From the IMG/VR virus record IMGVR_UViG_3300046028_005277: DNA of 64,000 bases; one strand, written 5' to 3'. Positions 45,504 through 54,815 of the stretch are shown piece after piece (the first letter of the stretch is position 1; each line of letters begins with the position of its first letter). The notes beneath the pieces were generated by a model. It was not told where the DNA came from, made no database searches, and saw only the letters and a list, made by a program, of their open reading frames with translations. The position numbers and the translations under genes are program-made. Source of the DNA: a virus.

Positions 45504-45763
45504 AAACCCGCAATGTTCCGTTATTTAAAGAACATAAAAGAATGGGTCGTCCTATCAAGTATGACTTCACGCCTTTCTTCAAAAAATCTACTAAATACAT
45601 TGTATTCCCGAACCTCACGCTTAAAAACTACGACTCACTACGAAGCACCTTTGCTAGATGGAGAAGAAGGGAAGGGGTTGAAGGCCGTTTTGAGTACGAT
45701 ATACTTGATGCAACAGAAAAAGACCCCTGTGGAATAGCTGTATGGAGGTCGGGAGAAAGTTAA
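45500..45763 (+). CDS. Small basic protein, putative DNA-binding
   Basis: GRPIKYDF...YDSLRSTFARW; ATGA overlap. Confidence 0.5.
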   Translation: MKTRNVPLFKEHKRMGRPIKYDFTPFFKKSTKYIVFPNLTLKNYDSLRSTFARWRRREGVEGRFEYDILDATEKDPCGIAVWRSGES

Positions 45764-45890
45764 GCGAAAGTGTATGGCTCTCCTACAATCAAAATAGAGT
45801 GGGAAGGTTTAAGTTTTATCAGTTTGATGAATTCTTAAACAACGGCATACAGTTCTTCCCTTATGCGACAATTAACGAATTGAAACGATC

Positions 45891-46340
45891 ATGGAGGATT
45901 ACAAAGAAGCTGCTAAAAACAAGGTCGAAGCCAAAGGCAAGGCTAGGAATGTTGGGAAGCAGAGAGGGGATATTCATCTACCGGAATGCAAGGATAGTTG
46001 GAGAAGAGTCTTTAACGAGACAATTAAATGCTACGAGGTTTATGTCAGAAAAAGTAATGTCCTTGTAGCAACAGGAATAGGCAGTCCTGGGGATAGTTTC
46101 CTCATCGGAGCATTGCCTGTAGTAATTACATTGTATGAACAACTACTTAGAGAAATAGAAAATGGCGAAGTCAAAGAAGATACATTCAGAGGAGCAAGAT
46201 ATATCCTTACCAAGTACAAAGAAAATATCAGAAAAGGCGAGGCAATGGACGGAACTAATCTACTCCGACTTGATTCCCCTGAGTTTAACTTGGGAGGGCA
46301 GGGTGGCGGAAGCTACACGGAGAATGAACTTTTCGATTAG
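45891..46340 (+). CDS. Hypothetical protein
   Basis: 149 aa in the overlapping chain before the terminase. Confidence 0.45.
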   Translation: MEDYKEAAKNKVEAKGKARNVGKQRGDIHLPECKDSWRRVFNETIKCYEVYVRKSNVLVATGIGSPGDSFLIGALPVVITLYEQLLREIENGEVKEDTFRGARYILTKYKENIRKGEAMDGTNLLRLDSPEFNLGGQGGGSYTENELFD

Positions 46341-46725
46341 CAATGAAGCGTTAAGAGAGGCAAGTAAAGAGTTCTTTCTATACAACACTAAGGCAGAAGC
46401 ATATTGGAGTTTGGTGGTGATGTACCACAATGTTTGTGATTCCATCAGGACTCCTGAGATGCAAACAGAAGGCAAGACATCAAACGAGAATTCCTCTTAC
46501 AAGGTCAAAATTGAGAATAGTCTCAAGTTGAAGCCTGTGATGGATGAGATAAAAAGATTGGCAGAGGATTTGTTTAAGAAGAATGAGGTGGCAGAGGCTG
46601 ACTTCAACGCTGGTAAGATTGCTAGTGATTTTGGAGAAGGTGCTTTGGAAGCTGCATTAAGAGAGGTGAACAATGAAAGTGGTTCTAGCAAAAGCAGAAA
46701 AAGAAAAGAAGAGGAGGAAGCCTAG
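46162..46725 (+). CDS. Hypothetical protein, terminase small subunit candidate
   Basis: Helical 187 aa upstream of terL; call is positional only. Confidence 0.4.
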   Translation: MAKSKKIHSEEQDISLPSTKKISEKARQWTELIYSDLIPLSLTWEGRVAEATRRMNFSISNEALREASKEFFLYNTKAEAYWSLVVMYHNVCDSIRTPEMQTEGKTSNENSSYKVKIENSLKLKPVMDEIKRLAEDLFKKNEVAEADFNAGKIASDFGEGALEAALREVNNESGSSKSRKRKEEEEA

Positions 46726-47023
46726 AAGAGAGCAGTTCATAATACTTAGCCGGGTGTTATGGGATGTCCCTGTTGGACATATTGTGTCCATAAGCAAGTC
46801 CCGATTTGTAGCCAACACCCACATTGAGTTTCGGAAGTACATTAAGCATATGTATCGTGGATGCTTTGTCCTAATAAAAGAGGGTAAAAGATTGTGGATA
46901 ATAAAACGCATTAAGGATGAATCGCAGAGAGCAGAAGAAAATCAAGCAAATCGCAGAAGGAGATTTTATCTTCCTAAGAGGGCAACACATCTCCGCAAAA
47001 TGGCAAGTAACCCAGATTCTTGA
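46673..47023 (+). CDS. Small basic hypothetical protein
   Basis: ATGA-type start within the previous gene. Confidence 0.45.
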   Translation: MKVVLAKAEKEKKRRKPRREQFIILSRVLWDVPVGHIVSISKSRFVANTHIEFRKYIKHMYRGCFVLIKEGKRLWIIKRIKDESQRAEENQANRRRRFYLPKRATHLRKMASNPDS

Positions 47024-47357
47024 TGGAAAGTGTCATATGAAGATGGTGGGGGAGACAAAGGAATATATACACCCCGAAACTTGGTATGAGGTGGGGAAGC
47101 CTTTGTTCAAGAAAGGACTTAGGGCATTCCCTTATAGTTCCATATTGGACAGAGACTGGCAAGCATTCCAATCAAGGAAAGAGATGCTTCGTTTGTTTGG
47201 CGATATTTCTCGGCTTAGTGGCAGATTGCCTAAGTTGACAAACGCATCCAAAGTGTTATATTGCAAGAAGATAATAGAAACCTTTATTGCTGAAATGAAG
47301 GAGGCTTTGAAAAAAAGCAACGATGCTTGGAGAGAATCAAAAAATCAAGAACAATAG
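46917..47357 (+). CDS. Hypothetical protein
   Basis: 146 aa directly upstream of terL. Confidence 0.5.
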   Translation: MNRREQKKIKQIAEGDFIFLRGQHISAKWQVTQILDGKCHMKMVGETKEYIHPETWYEVGKPLFKKGLRAFPYSSILDRDWQAFQSRKEMLRLFGDISRLSGRLPKLTNASKVLYCKKIIETFIAEMKEALKKSNDAWRESKNQEQ

Positions 47358-49545
47358 AATCGTTGAGACCATTTGGAGTTTGGACTGCATAACGCCTCCA
47401 ATTCCAACGGATCTTACGACAGTTCCTGGGTACGGAGACCCGAAGGCAAAGTTCAAGCGAACTCCGATTCCTGATTATATGAATATTGAGAAGAGCCAAA
47501 TCCAAGTGGACGGCTCTATTCACTATACACCTCTTCAGCAACAATTCATCAAGGAGGAGATTAAAAAGATATTCCACTTTGGGCAGTGGATATACATACG
47601 AGGCGCACTCACTTGGCTAAACCCTTGGATGTACCTTGGCCTGAATTATTGGAGACCAGCCGTAGAAACAAACGATGGATTCCTTGAATACCGGGACAGA
47701 CAAAGAAAGATTCTCCACTATTGCTGGAACATCCACGAACATCACAAAGAGCTTGGTGTCATTTATCTAAAGGGTAGGCAGGAAGGTTTGTCAACTTGGG
47801 GTCACCTTATTATGTTTTGGCTTTCCATCCGTGCAGAGAGGCAGAACATTGGTTTGTCATCTTCTGACCAAAAGTTAGCTGATGAGAACTTTGATGAACT
47901 TATTGCAAAGCCTGTAAACGCTCTTCCTATTTGGCTGATTCCTGTACACAGGATGAACAAGAACGAATTGCTTCTTGTGGAGCCACCAGAGAGGCAGTCG
48001 AAAACTAAGAAAACTGCCAGCGTTTCCAAGTCACTCGGAGGTTCCATAAGACTTCGTGCCTTGACCAAGCGAGGATGGGATGGTAAGCGTTTGAACGGAC
48101 TATTTGCCGATGAAGGCGGTAAGTGGGTGCAAGTGCAAATCACTAAGTGGTGGGCAAAGCAAGTGCGAGCCTTGATGGTGAATGGCCGAAAGAGGGGATT
48201 TGCTTTCTTCCCTACAACAACGGAAGAGGGAGATCAAGGGGGAGCAGAGTTTCAGAAGTTCTACGACCAAGCAAACATTGAAACCCGGCAGAACGGAAAG
48301 TACCCCACCACCACTAATAAACTTGTCAGCCTTTTCCTTCCTGCCTATATGGGACTTCCAGGGTGGACAGATGAATACGGCAATGATATAGTTTACTATC
48401 CAGACGAGGAGCAATGGGAGTGGATGCAGGAACATGGTCACGATGAACGCATAGGAGCAAAGGATAAGTTGATGCGTGATAGGCAACAGCTTCTTGAGGC
48501 GGGCTTGGATGACCTATATGCTGAAGAGATGAGGCAGAACCCGTTCAATCCATCGGATGCCTTCAACAGCCTTAATGAGCATTGCCCATTTGATGTCACC
48601 ATCCTTCAGGCTTTAAAAAGAACTGCCGACACCAAGGAGATACAAGACCAAATCCGTACAGGATATTTCTATTGGCTTGATGTTAAAGAGCGTTCTATTG
48701 TCGGATGGAGGGATGATGCTAAAGGGCCAATTCAAAGAACCTGGGAGCCACAAGCAAACCTTATAAACAAGACAACATCACGGAGAGGTGTTAAAGCCCC
48801 TACGAATGTTAAACTTGGCTCGTTTGGTGTTGACCCCTATCTAAAGGCAAGCACAAAGACTAAGGGGTCTAGGATGGCTATCACCGGCAAGTTGTATTAC
48901 AATAGATATTACGAGGAGCAGAACCGCAAGGAGAAGTTGAATACGGGCAGGAATCTTCCGGGATACTTTCCTACGCCATCTGTGTTTATGTCCTTCCTTC
49001 ATAGATCAGCAGATATGAACTCTGACCTTGACCAATTGCTTATGGCTGCGGTGTATTATTCAATGCCTGTGATTGTGGAGAACAACACTTCCATTTCTGT
49101 TGAGAACTTCTTCCATACAAGAGGCTATGGAGGGTTTCTTTTAAGGGAGGCAGAGATATTAAATGAGCAATCGCCATCACAAAGCCAATGGGAAACTATA
49201 GGCATACATACTGGTGGAGAAGGCCAGGGTAGTGATGTCGTTAGGCGTGGGGCTACTTATTTCAATGACTTCCTGCGTGGGGATGCCCTGTACTTAGGAG
49301 ACCACATTTACAACATCATTGAAGAGCCTATCCGTTATCCGTTTATGGCTAACATCAATGACAATATGCAGTTTGACATTACGGACAGAACCAAGAGTGA
49401 TGCTACGATGTCCACGATAATGGTTCACTTTTACGAATACAATGTGAACGATTACAGCAATCCTTTTTTGTTTGTAGAACGCCCTACAAGCAATGCTTCA
49501 AGACTTTTTCCAAAAGGGACATTCCTGAGAAGGAGGACTGTTTAA
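47323..49545 (+). CDS. terL: Terminase large subunit
   Basis: Walker A KGRQEGLST, Walker B LFADEGGKW, nuclease FGVDP, VENN, late D-x-x-M motif (KSDATM). Confidence 0.9.
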   Translation: MLGENQKIKNNRIVETIWSLDCITPPIPTDLTTVPGYGDPKAKFKRTPIPDYMNIEKSQIQVDGSIHYTPLQQQFIKEEIKKIFHFGQWIYIRGALTWLNPWMYLGLNYWRPAVETNDGFLEYRDRQRKILHYCWNIHEHHKELGVIYLKGRQEGLSTWGHLIMFWLSIRAERQNIGLSSSDQKLADENFDELIAKPVNALPIWLIPVHRMNKNELLLVEPPERQSKTKKTASVSKSLGGSIRLRALTKRGWDGKRLNGLFADEGGKWVQVQITKWWAKQVRALMVNGRKRGFAFFPTTTEEGDQGGAEFQKFYDQANIETRQNGKYPTTTNKLVSLFLPAYMGLPGWTDEYGNDIVYYPDEEQWEWMQEHGHDERIGAKDKLMRDRQQLLEAGLDDLYAEEMRQNPFNPSDAFNSLNEHCPFDVTILQALKRTADTKEIQDQIRTGYFYWLDVKERSIVGWRDDAKGPIQRTWEPQANLINKTTSRRGVKAPTNVKLGSFGVDPYLKASTKTKGSRMAITGKLYYNRYYEEQNRKEKLNTGRNLPGYFPTPSVFMSFLHRSADMNSDLDQLLMAAVYYSMPVIVENNTSISVENFFHTRGYGGFLLREAEILNEQSPSQSQWETIGIHTGGEGQGSDVVRRGATYFNDFLRGDALYLGDHIYNIIEEPIRYPFMANINDNMQFDITDRTKSDATMSTIMVHFYEYNVNDYSNPFLFVERPTSNASRLFPKGTFLRRRTV

Positions 49546-49608
49546 AATTTTTTTAAGCTTGTTCTTGAAATTTTGTATTTTTGGGCTTCACTAAAAGCAT
49601 TTACCTCA

Positions 49609-49857
49609 ATGGCATTACTTAAAATTATGACTACTGTGAACCCGTCTACAGCTGCATCTGTTGCTGGTGGTTCTGCGTATTTCGTTTATAACACAGATCA
49701 AATTAATTTTCTTACTCTTGCTTCTAAGACAGGTTCTGGAGGCTCTGCGTTTTCAACTTTCAATTATGAGTTGAATGGCGGTGGAATCGGTAAAGCTACC
49801 GTTAAAGCTTCTACTGGAGCTGTTCTTGCCCCTCTTTCAGCATCTGTAGTAGGCTAA
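49609..49857 (+). CDS. Small structural/decoration protein
   Basis: 82 aa, A/S/G/T-rich, MCP-like codon bias, TATTTTTG -7 element at 49576-49583, followed by a terminator. Confidence 0.5.
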   Translation: MALLKIMTTVNPSTAASVAGGSAYFVYNTDQINFLTLASKTGSGGSAFSTFNYELNGGGIGKATVKASTGAVLAPLSASVVG

Positions 49858-49882
49858 TTAATTTAATCTCCATTGAGTTTAA

Positions 49883-49907
49883 AGCCGCCCTTCACAAGAG
49901 GGCGGCT
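49883..49907. terminator. Bidirectional terminator
   Basis: AGCCGCCCT...AGGGCGGCT between convergent genes. Confidence 0.75.
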
Positions 49908-49916
49908 ATATTTGTT

Positions 49917-50957
49917 TTATACCAAAGAAGCAAAGTATTCGTGGTATCTCTCTATGCTAAGATCATTTGCGGTTGAATGTTTCTCAACCTGTAAAAGGTT
50001 AAATTTATTACCGCTTTTAAAGCCTTCTGTTTCCCACTCTGCTGTATGGGGGAGGTGATAGCAAACATTATAAGGTAACTTGTTCTTTATTCTGTACGCC
50101 CAAAAGCTATCATAAAGCGGCCTTCCAAGTTCAAAATCAACATCCAATAAAGTTGGCAGAACCTTTGAATCTTTCCTGAAGGCAAACAAATCAATACCAG
50201 GGTAATGCTTTTTGTCGGCTAGGTCTTTATGCAATAAAATTCCACCTGTGTTAATGTCTATCCTTTGGGCAAAGCATTCTGAGATGTTATGCGTGTCAAT
50301 GTGATTCCTGATGATTGTTGTAGCCTCTGGGACAAGGCAAATGTCCCGATTCATAAATAGTAAAATATCATCAGGATGGGAGAATAGTTCCATTCCCTCC
50401 TTTAATATTTTGTTAGACATAGGCCACTCATCAGAAGTTTGAAGTACGATTTCTGTATGGATATCGTTCTCAATTAGTTTTGCCCAACTAAATGCGGCAA
50501 AGCCATTCCTTCCTATTGCTCCAGTTTCTCTTGGAGTATATTCATTAGCAAGAATGTATGTCCGTGGGCTTGATGCATTGGCTGCTCTACGCATAGGTTG
50601 GTTCCGAGCAACACAAGCAATGATTTCAGGGATTGAACTTGGAACTACCTCTTGAATGAATGTGCCTATTGTTGTCTCCTTTGGTACGGCCTGAACCCAT
50701 AAAGGCCAACGAGTAATTAGGATGTTTGGCTTGTCGCACAAATGATAGGTGGTGCTGTCGTTTAGAATATAAAGAACACCATCCTGATTCATGTCTTCCC
50801 GAAGCTTTTTAAATCCATCCGTGTGGGATTCGTAAACTTCTAATGGGATATGAAGAGATGCAAGTGCGTACCGGATTGCTTGTATAATCTCATTGCTGTT
50901 GTCAATCTTGGCACTAACACCTTCTGTTGAAATAATGGCTTTTTTAAAATTGTGCAT
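49917..50957 (-). CDS. Glycosyltransferase-like protein
   Basis: C-terminal DILLFMNRDI (GT-A-like DxD region), GIDLFAF, LGRPLYD. Confidence 0.5.
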   Translation of the reverse strand: MHNFKKAIISTEGVSAKIDNSNEIIQAIRYALASLHIPLEVYESHTDGFKKLREDMNQDGVLYILNDSTTYHLCDKPNILITRWPLWVQAVPKETTIGTFIQEVVPSSIPEIIACVARNQPMRRAANASSPRTYILANEYTPRETGAIGRNGFAAFSWAKLIENDIHTEIVLQTSDEWPMSNKILKEGMELFSHPDDILLFMNRDICLVPEATTIIRNHIDTHNISECFAQRIDINTGGILLHKDLADKKHYPGIDLFAFRKDSKVLPTLLDVDFELGRPLYDSFWAYRIKNKLPYNVCYHLPHTAEWETEGFKSGNKFNLLQVEKHSTANDLSIERYHEYFASLV

Positions 50958-52608
50958 AGTATTCTTGAAATGTTTGGAAACTTCTAAAATCAGTCATCAA
51001 CTGTCTGTCCTGCCCATCCTGTTGGCAAATAACGATTCTTTTGCTTGGGAACTTGAGTTCGCAAATTTTGGCAGCGGCAACTGGGTTTTCGCAGTACCTC
51101 GGATGAATCTCAAATATTTCGTGTTGCGGGAACAACTCTTTGGCTATTTGAGAGAACCTTGTAGAGCAGCACAGGATTGATGGTTGCTTGAGATTTTTAC
51201 CCACCATGTAAATATCCCCAAAACGACCAAGTACTACATACACGGGCTTTGCAAAATCAAGAACACGAGGTGCTTTCTCTTTGTAAGCAGATTCGTAATT
51301 TTCAATAAGTGTGGCTGTTTTTTCTTTCGGGATAAGCAAAAGATCATATTGATATCCTTGCCAATTGTATGTCTCTATAGCATCGTAATCTTCAAAATGC
51401 TTTAGTATATCATTCGGCCAAAATCCATACTTATTAAGCCCAGGGATGTTGATTTCAATGGCAACAATTGGCCTCTGACTTAAAAGATTTTTCGCACCCT
51501 GTAAGATGTATGGCTCAAATCCTTCTGCATCAATTTTTACAAATTCTGCCTTAATGTCAAAATCATCAATTTTCTTTGCCTTCAGAGATCCTCCTAAATC
51601 TAAACTTCTTCCTCCAAGGTTTCCTGTATCAATATCGGCCAAAGATATTGACTGCCCACTACCAAGTGCATCGTTATAGAAAAAAGACTTAGTCCCGCTT
51701 AGATTTAATTCTAAACAGTCAAAAGCATCTTTTTGTGGTTCAAAAACATGGCAAGTCCAGCCTGTATCTAAAAACCACTTTGCGCTGTCTCCTATGTATG
51801 CACCAATGTCAATCATTACCTTTCCATTTCCATCACCAAGAAACTTTGAGATAAAGTCAAATGGCTTATCCCATTTAAGAGTCCCGGTTTTGCGGACATA
51901 TTCCGTAATATCGGTATCTCCGGGAAGGCAGTAAATGTCATTAATGACTATTGCATCTTTGTGTTTATCAGGTAGGTTTTCCATATTTATTTCAATTATG
52001 AATGTGCCTCTAATAGAGTCTATAAAATATGCGTTTTTTATGTGGGGCTTATTTGCTATCACCCAATCATTTACTGCCTTTCTAACATCTGGTAGATGTT
52101 TGTAGTCATCAACAATAATTACCCTTGAATGCAGCGAAGCCAAATGTAAATCATGCAGCTTACCGAAATAACTATGGTCTCCGTCTATGTGGATAATGTC
52201 ATACACTTCATCAAGGCTACTTATCTTTTGTGAGTCTTTAAGTTCAAGCCTATACTCAACATCAATACTTGATAAATGCTTTTTTATGTTACTCTCAGCA
52301 ATAGACAGAGATTTTTTTTCATATTGGTCAATATCATATCCCACAACCTTTTTTATACTTGTGGCTCCCCCGCACATCATACTTGCCAAGCTATAACCAT
52401 ATCTAACACCTATCTCTAAAATAGATTTGGGGGCGTAATATTTAGCTATGGCATAGTAAACCTCATAATAGTTTCCGCACTTTAGGTATTCGTCATGCAA
52501 TGTTCCAAGTTCAAAAAAGAAGGACTTGTCAATTATGTCAAATATTGAATTTGGCTTTAATTTTAATATTCTGTTTTCTATGTCTTTGTTATTGCTCAAA
52601 TTACCCAT
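50944..52608 (-). CDS. Fusion: class I SAM methyltransferase + FkbM methyltransferase + GT-like tail
   Basis: SILEIGVRYGYS...IHIDGDHSY; MIDIGAYIGD...VFEPQ...KIDAEGFE; VLGRFGDI. -7 element TACATTTG at 52645-52652 on the minus strand. Confidence 0.8.
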   Translation of the reverse strand: MGNLSNNKDIENRILKLKPNSIFDIIDKSFFFELGTLHDEYLKCGNYYEVYYAIAKYYAPKSILEIGVRYGYSLASMMCGGATSIKKVVGYDIDQYEKKSLSIAESNIKKHLSSIDVEYRLELKDSQKISSLDEVYDIIHIDGDHSYFGKLHDLHLASLHSRVIIVDDYKHLPDVRKAVNDWVIANKPHIKNAYFIDSIRGTFIIEINMENLPDKHKDAIVINDIYCLPGDTDITEYVRKTGTLKWDKPFDFISKFLGDGNGKVMIDIGAYIGDSAKWFLDTGWTCHVFEPQKDAFDCLELNLSGTKSFFYNDALGSGQSISLADIDTGNLGGRSLDLGGSLKAKKIDDFDIKAEFVKIDAEGFEPYILQGAKNLLSQRPIVAIEINIPGLNKYGFWPNDILKHFEDYDAIETYNWQGYQYDLLLIPKEKTATLIENYESAYKEKAPRVLDFAKPVYVVLGRFGDIYMVGKNLKQPSILCCSTRFSQIAKELFPQHEIFEIHPRYCENPVAAAKICELKFPSKRIVICQQDGQDRQLMTDFRSFQTFQEYYAQF

Positions 52609-52731
52609 TTGGTTTTTTGTTAAACGATGAGAGTTTTTATGCCTCAAATGTAAAACAACTATTTGGTAAAACTGCTCTGCAATATTTTTTGAGTTCTTTG
52701 TTAGTGCGAAAAATTGTATCTTGCACCCACT

Positions 52732-53430
52732 ATGCTTGAGCAGCTAATCACCACCGTACTAACCTACTTGAATGCCGGAGGCTACTACAAAAGTGCCGAG
52801 GAAATCAAGAACGCAATTAATGTTGCCCAGCTTGATTTGTACAAGCGGCTAAGAGGCAACTTGGTGCAATATGCGCCTGGAAGATCATCATCATCCATCA
52901 CTCCCGAAGAAACAAATGTCACGGCAGATGCTATTTCTGAGCTTTACAATGTTGTTGACAGGCCCATCCAAGGAGATGATAGAATAGCGGATTTATCATC
53001 TGCCTCTTTAGGGCTAGAAATTGATTTGATACTTGCTCTTGAAGTTTCCTATTTGGACAACCCTAGCGAGTTCTATCCCGTAAACATTGTACCCGACAAT
53101 CAGTTTTTGATGATGAAGCACAACCCCATCATTCCTCCAATTAAAACACGACCACTTGGAAGAATGCTTGCATCGTCAGTGTATGAGGTTTACCCATTCC
53201 AAGGCGTTGATTTTTACAGAGGAAGAGTGTTAGTGCTTCCAAGCCAAGTAGATTTTACATTTTCAGATAATGGGGGGCCGATTCCAAATATTAATGTTAT
53301 TCAAAATATTAGTTGGTCGGCTGATAAGCTGGACAATATGGTGTATGGAACAGTTGCCAATCTTGGCTTCAATCTTTCAAATGGTGTTCTTGTTCAGTCT
53401 GGCAATGCTATGAATGACAAAATTCTGTAA
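52732..53430 (+). CDS. Tail ring/adaptor protein (crAss-like)
   Basis: GGYYKSAEEIKNAINVAQLDL N-terminal helix pattern; first of three ~220-aa genes before the cargo genes. Confidence 0.6.
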   Translation: MLEQLITTVLTYLNAGGYYKSAEEIKNAINVAQLDLYKRLRGNLVQYAPGRSSSSITPEETNVTADAISELYNVVDRPIQGDDRIADLSSASLGLEIDLILALEVSYLDNPSEFYPVNIVPDNQFLMMKHNPIIPPIKTRPLGRMLASSVYEVYPFQGVDFYRGRVLVLPSQVDFTFSDNGGPIPNINVIQNISWSADKLDNMVYGTVANLGFNLSNGVLVQSGNAMNDKIL

Positions 53431-53433
53431 GAC

Positions 53434-54057
53434 ATGGGAATTGATTACAACTACATAGCCAACCAAATTGTCCTGATATTCACGGCAGGAAGACCCACTA
53501 CGGAGGGTATAGATGTTCGTGAGGTGGAAGCATTGGTGAGACAAGCCGCTGCATCTGTTGGCCGTCAGGAATACTTTGAGAACTACAAAGCCGAGAACCA
53601 ATCCACTGTCAACGGGCAATGGCTTGTAACATACCAATTGCCATTAGCAACAGATGCCATCACCGGCTACAAGTACGCTGCTCTTTCTGAGAACTACTTG
53701 CCTCTTCCAAAGAACAGAGGTGTTGTTCGTGTTGCTATAGCAGACAGCACCTACAAGGGAAAGAAGCAGATTGCCTTCATAAACTTTGAGAACTACGAGA
53801 ACCTTCGTGGAGGATCTACAATAAAGTTTGCTGGGAGTTATTTCTATTCCTTAGCAGCTAAGAAAGTATATGTGCTTCCTGCTTGTGAAGCCGTTATTAA
53901 ATTCCAAAACATCAATGTCACACAAGCTGTGGCAAACGATGCTACATTGAACGAAGCCCAGGCGTTGCTCATCATCCAACAAGTGATGCCGATAATGATT
54001 CAGAGATATTCAAGGAGGGCAGATATGGATACGGATGCAAATCCAAACGCTCTATAA
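53434..54057 (+). CDS. Tail ring protein
   Basis: 207 aa in the ring-gene cluster. Confidence 0.55.
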   Translation: MGIDYNYIANQIVLIFTAGRPTTEGIDVREVEALVRQAAASVGRQEYFENYKAENQSTVNGQWLVTYQLPLATDAITGYKYAALSENYLPLPKNRGVVRVAIADSTYKGKKQIAFINFENYENLRGGSTIKFAGSYFYSLAAKKVYVLPACEAVIKFQNINVTQAVANDATLNEAQALLIIQQVMPIMIQRYSRRADMDTDANPNAL

Positions 54058-54070
54058 TTAAAACGAGGTT

Positions 54071-54811
54071 ATGCTTACACAAACTGTAGATGAAATAGTT
54101 GGGGTTGTAATTGAGGAGATGGAAATCCCCTCTAATCAAGCATTCCGTTTACAATCCTTTGCTCTTGATTTCATAAGGTCAATGCAGAAGGATGTTAAGA
54201 CACTTATCCCCGATCGTGACAAGGAGATGTTCTATGAACTTCCTTCCGCAGGGTATAACATTGTCCGTCTACCAAATGATTACTACGACTACATTAGTGT
54301 TGGTGTCCAAGTGGGGCATTACATAAAAGGTCTTGCTATAAACAACAGACTTACAAACCACAAAGAACAGCCTGAAATCGCCCCTCTGATACAGAGTAAT
54401 TATAACAATATTTGGTATATGGGGGGCTTGTATGGCTATGGAATGGGATGGGGAACTAGTGGTGCTATTGATGCTTACGGAAACGGAGGCGATTATGGCG
54501 ATGTTACAATTGACATTGACAAGAGGATTCTCATCACGGCTCCTACATTTAGGTTCAGGAATATAACGCTAAGGTATTACACAAATTGCTTGTCTCCATC
54601 TGGGGAAACTTGTGTACATCCTTGGTTCATTTCTGCTTTGAAGAACTGGATTTACTACAGATATTATTTCTTGAAAGGTGATGCTAGATGGCAGCCTGCC
54701 AAGATTGAGTATGAGAACGAGTATTTGTTTGCTGTTCAGAGCAAGTACAGAACTAAGATTCCTACGATTGTTAAGACAATGGAGCGTATTAGGGGCTATA
54801 GACACGGATAA
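54071..54811 (+). CDS. Tail ring protein
   Basis: LPNDYYDYISVG motif typical of tail tubular/ring proteins. Confidence 0.6.
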   Translation: MLTQTVDEIVGVVIEEMEIPSNQAFRLQSFALDFIRSMQKDVKTLIPDRDKEMFYELPSAGYNIVRLPNDYYDYISVGVQVGHYIKGLAINNRLTNHKEQPEIAPLIQSNYNNIWYMGGLYGYGMGWGTSGAIDAYGNGGDYGDVTIDIDKRILITAPTFRFRNITLRYYTNCLSPSGETCVHPWFISALKNWIYYRYYFLKGDARWQPAKIEYENEYLFAVQSKYRTKIPTIVKTMERIRGYRHG

Positions 54812-54815
54812 ATAA

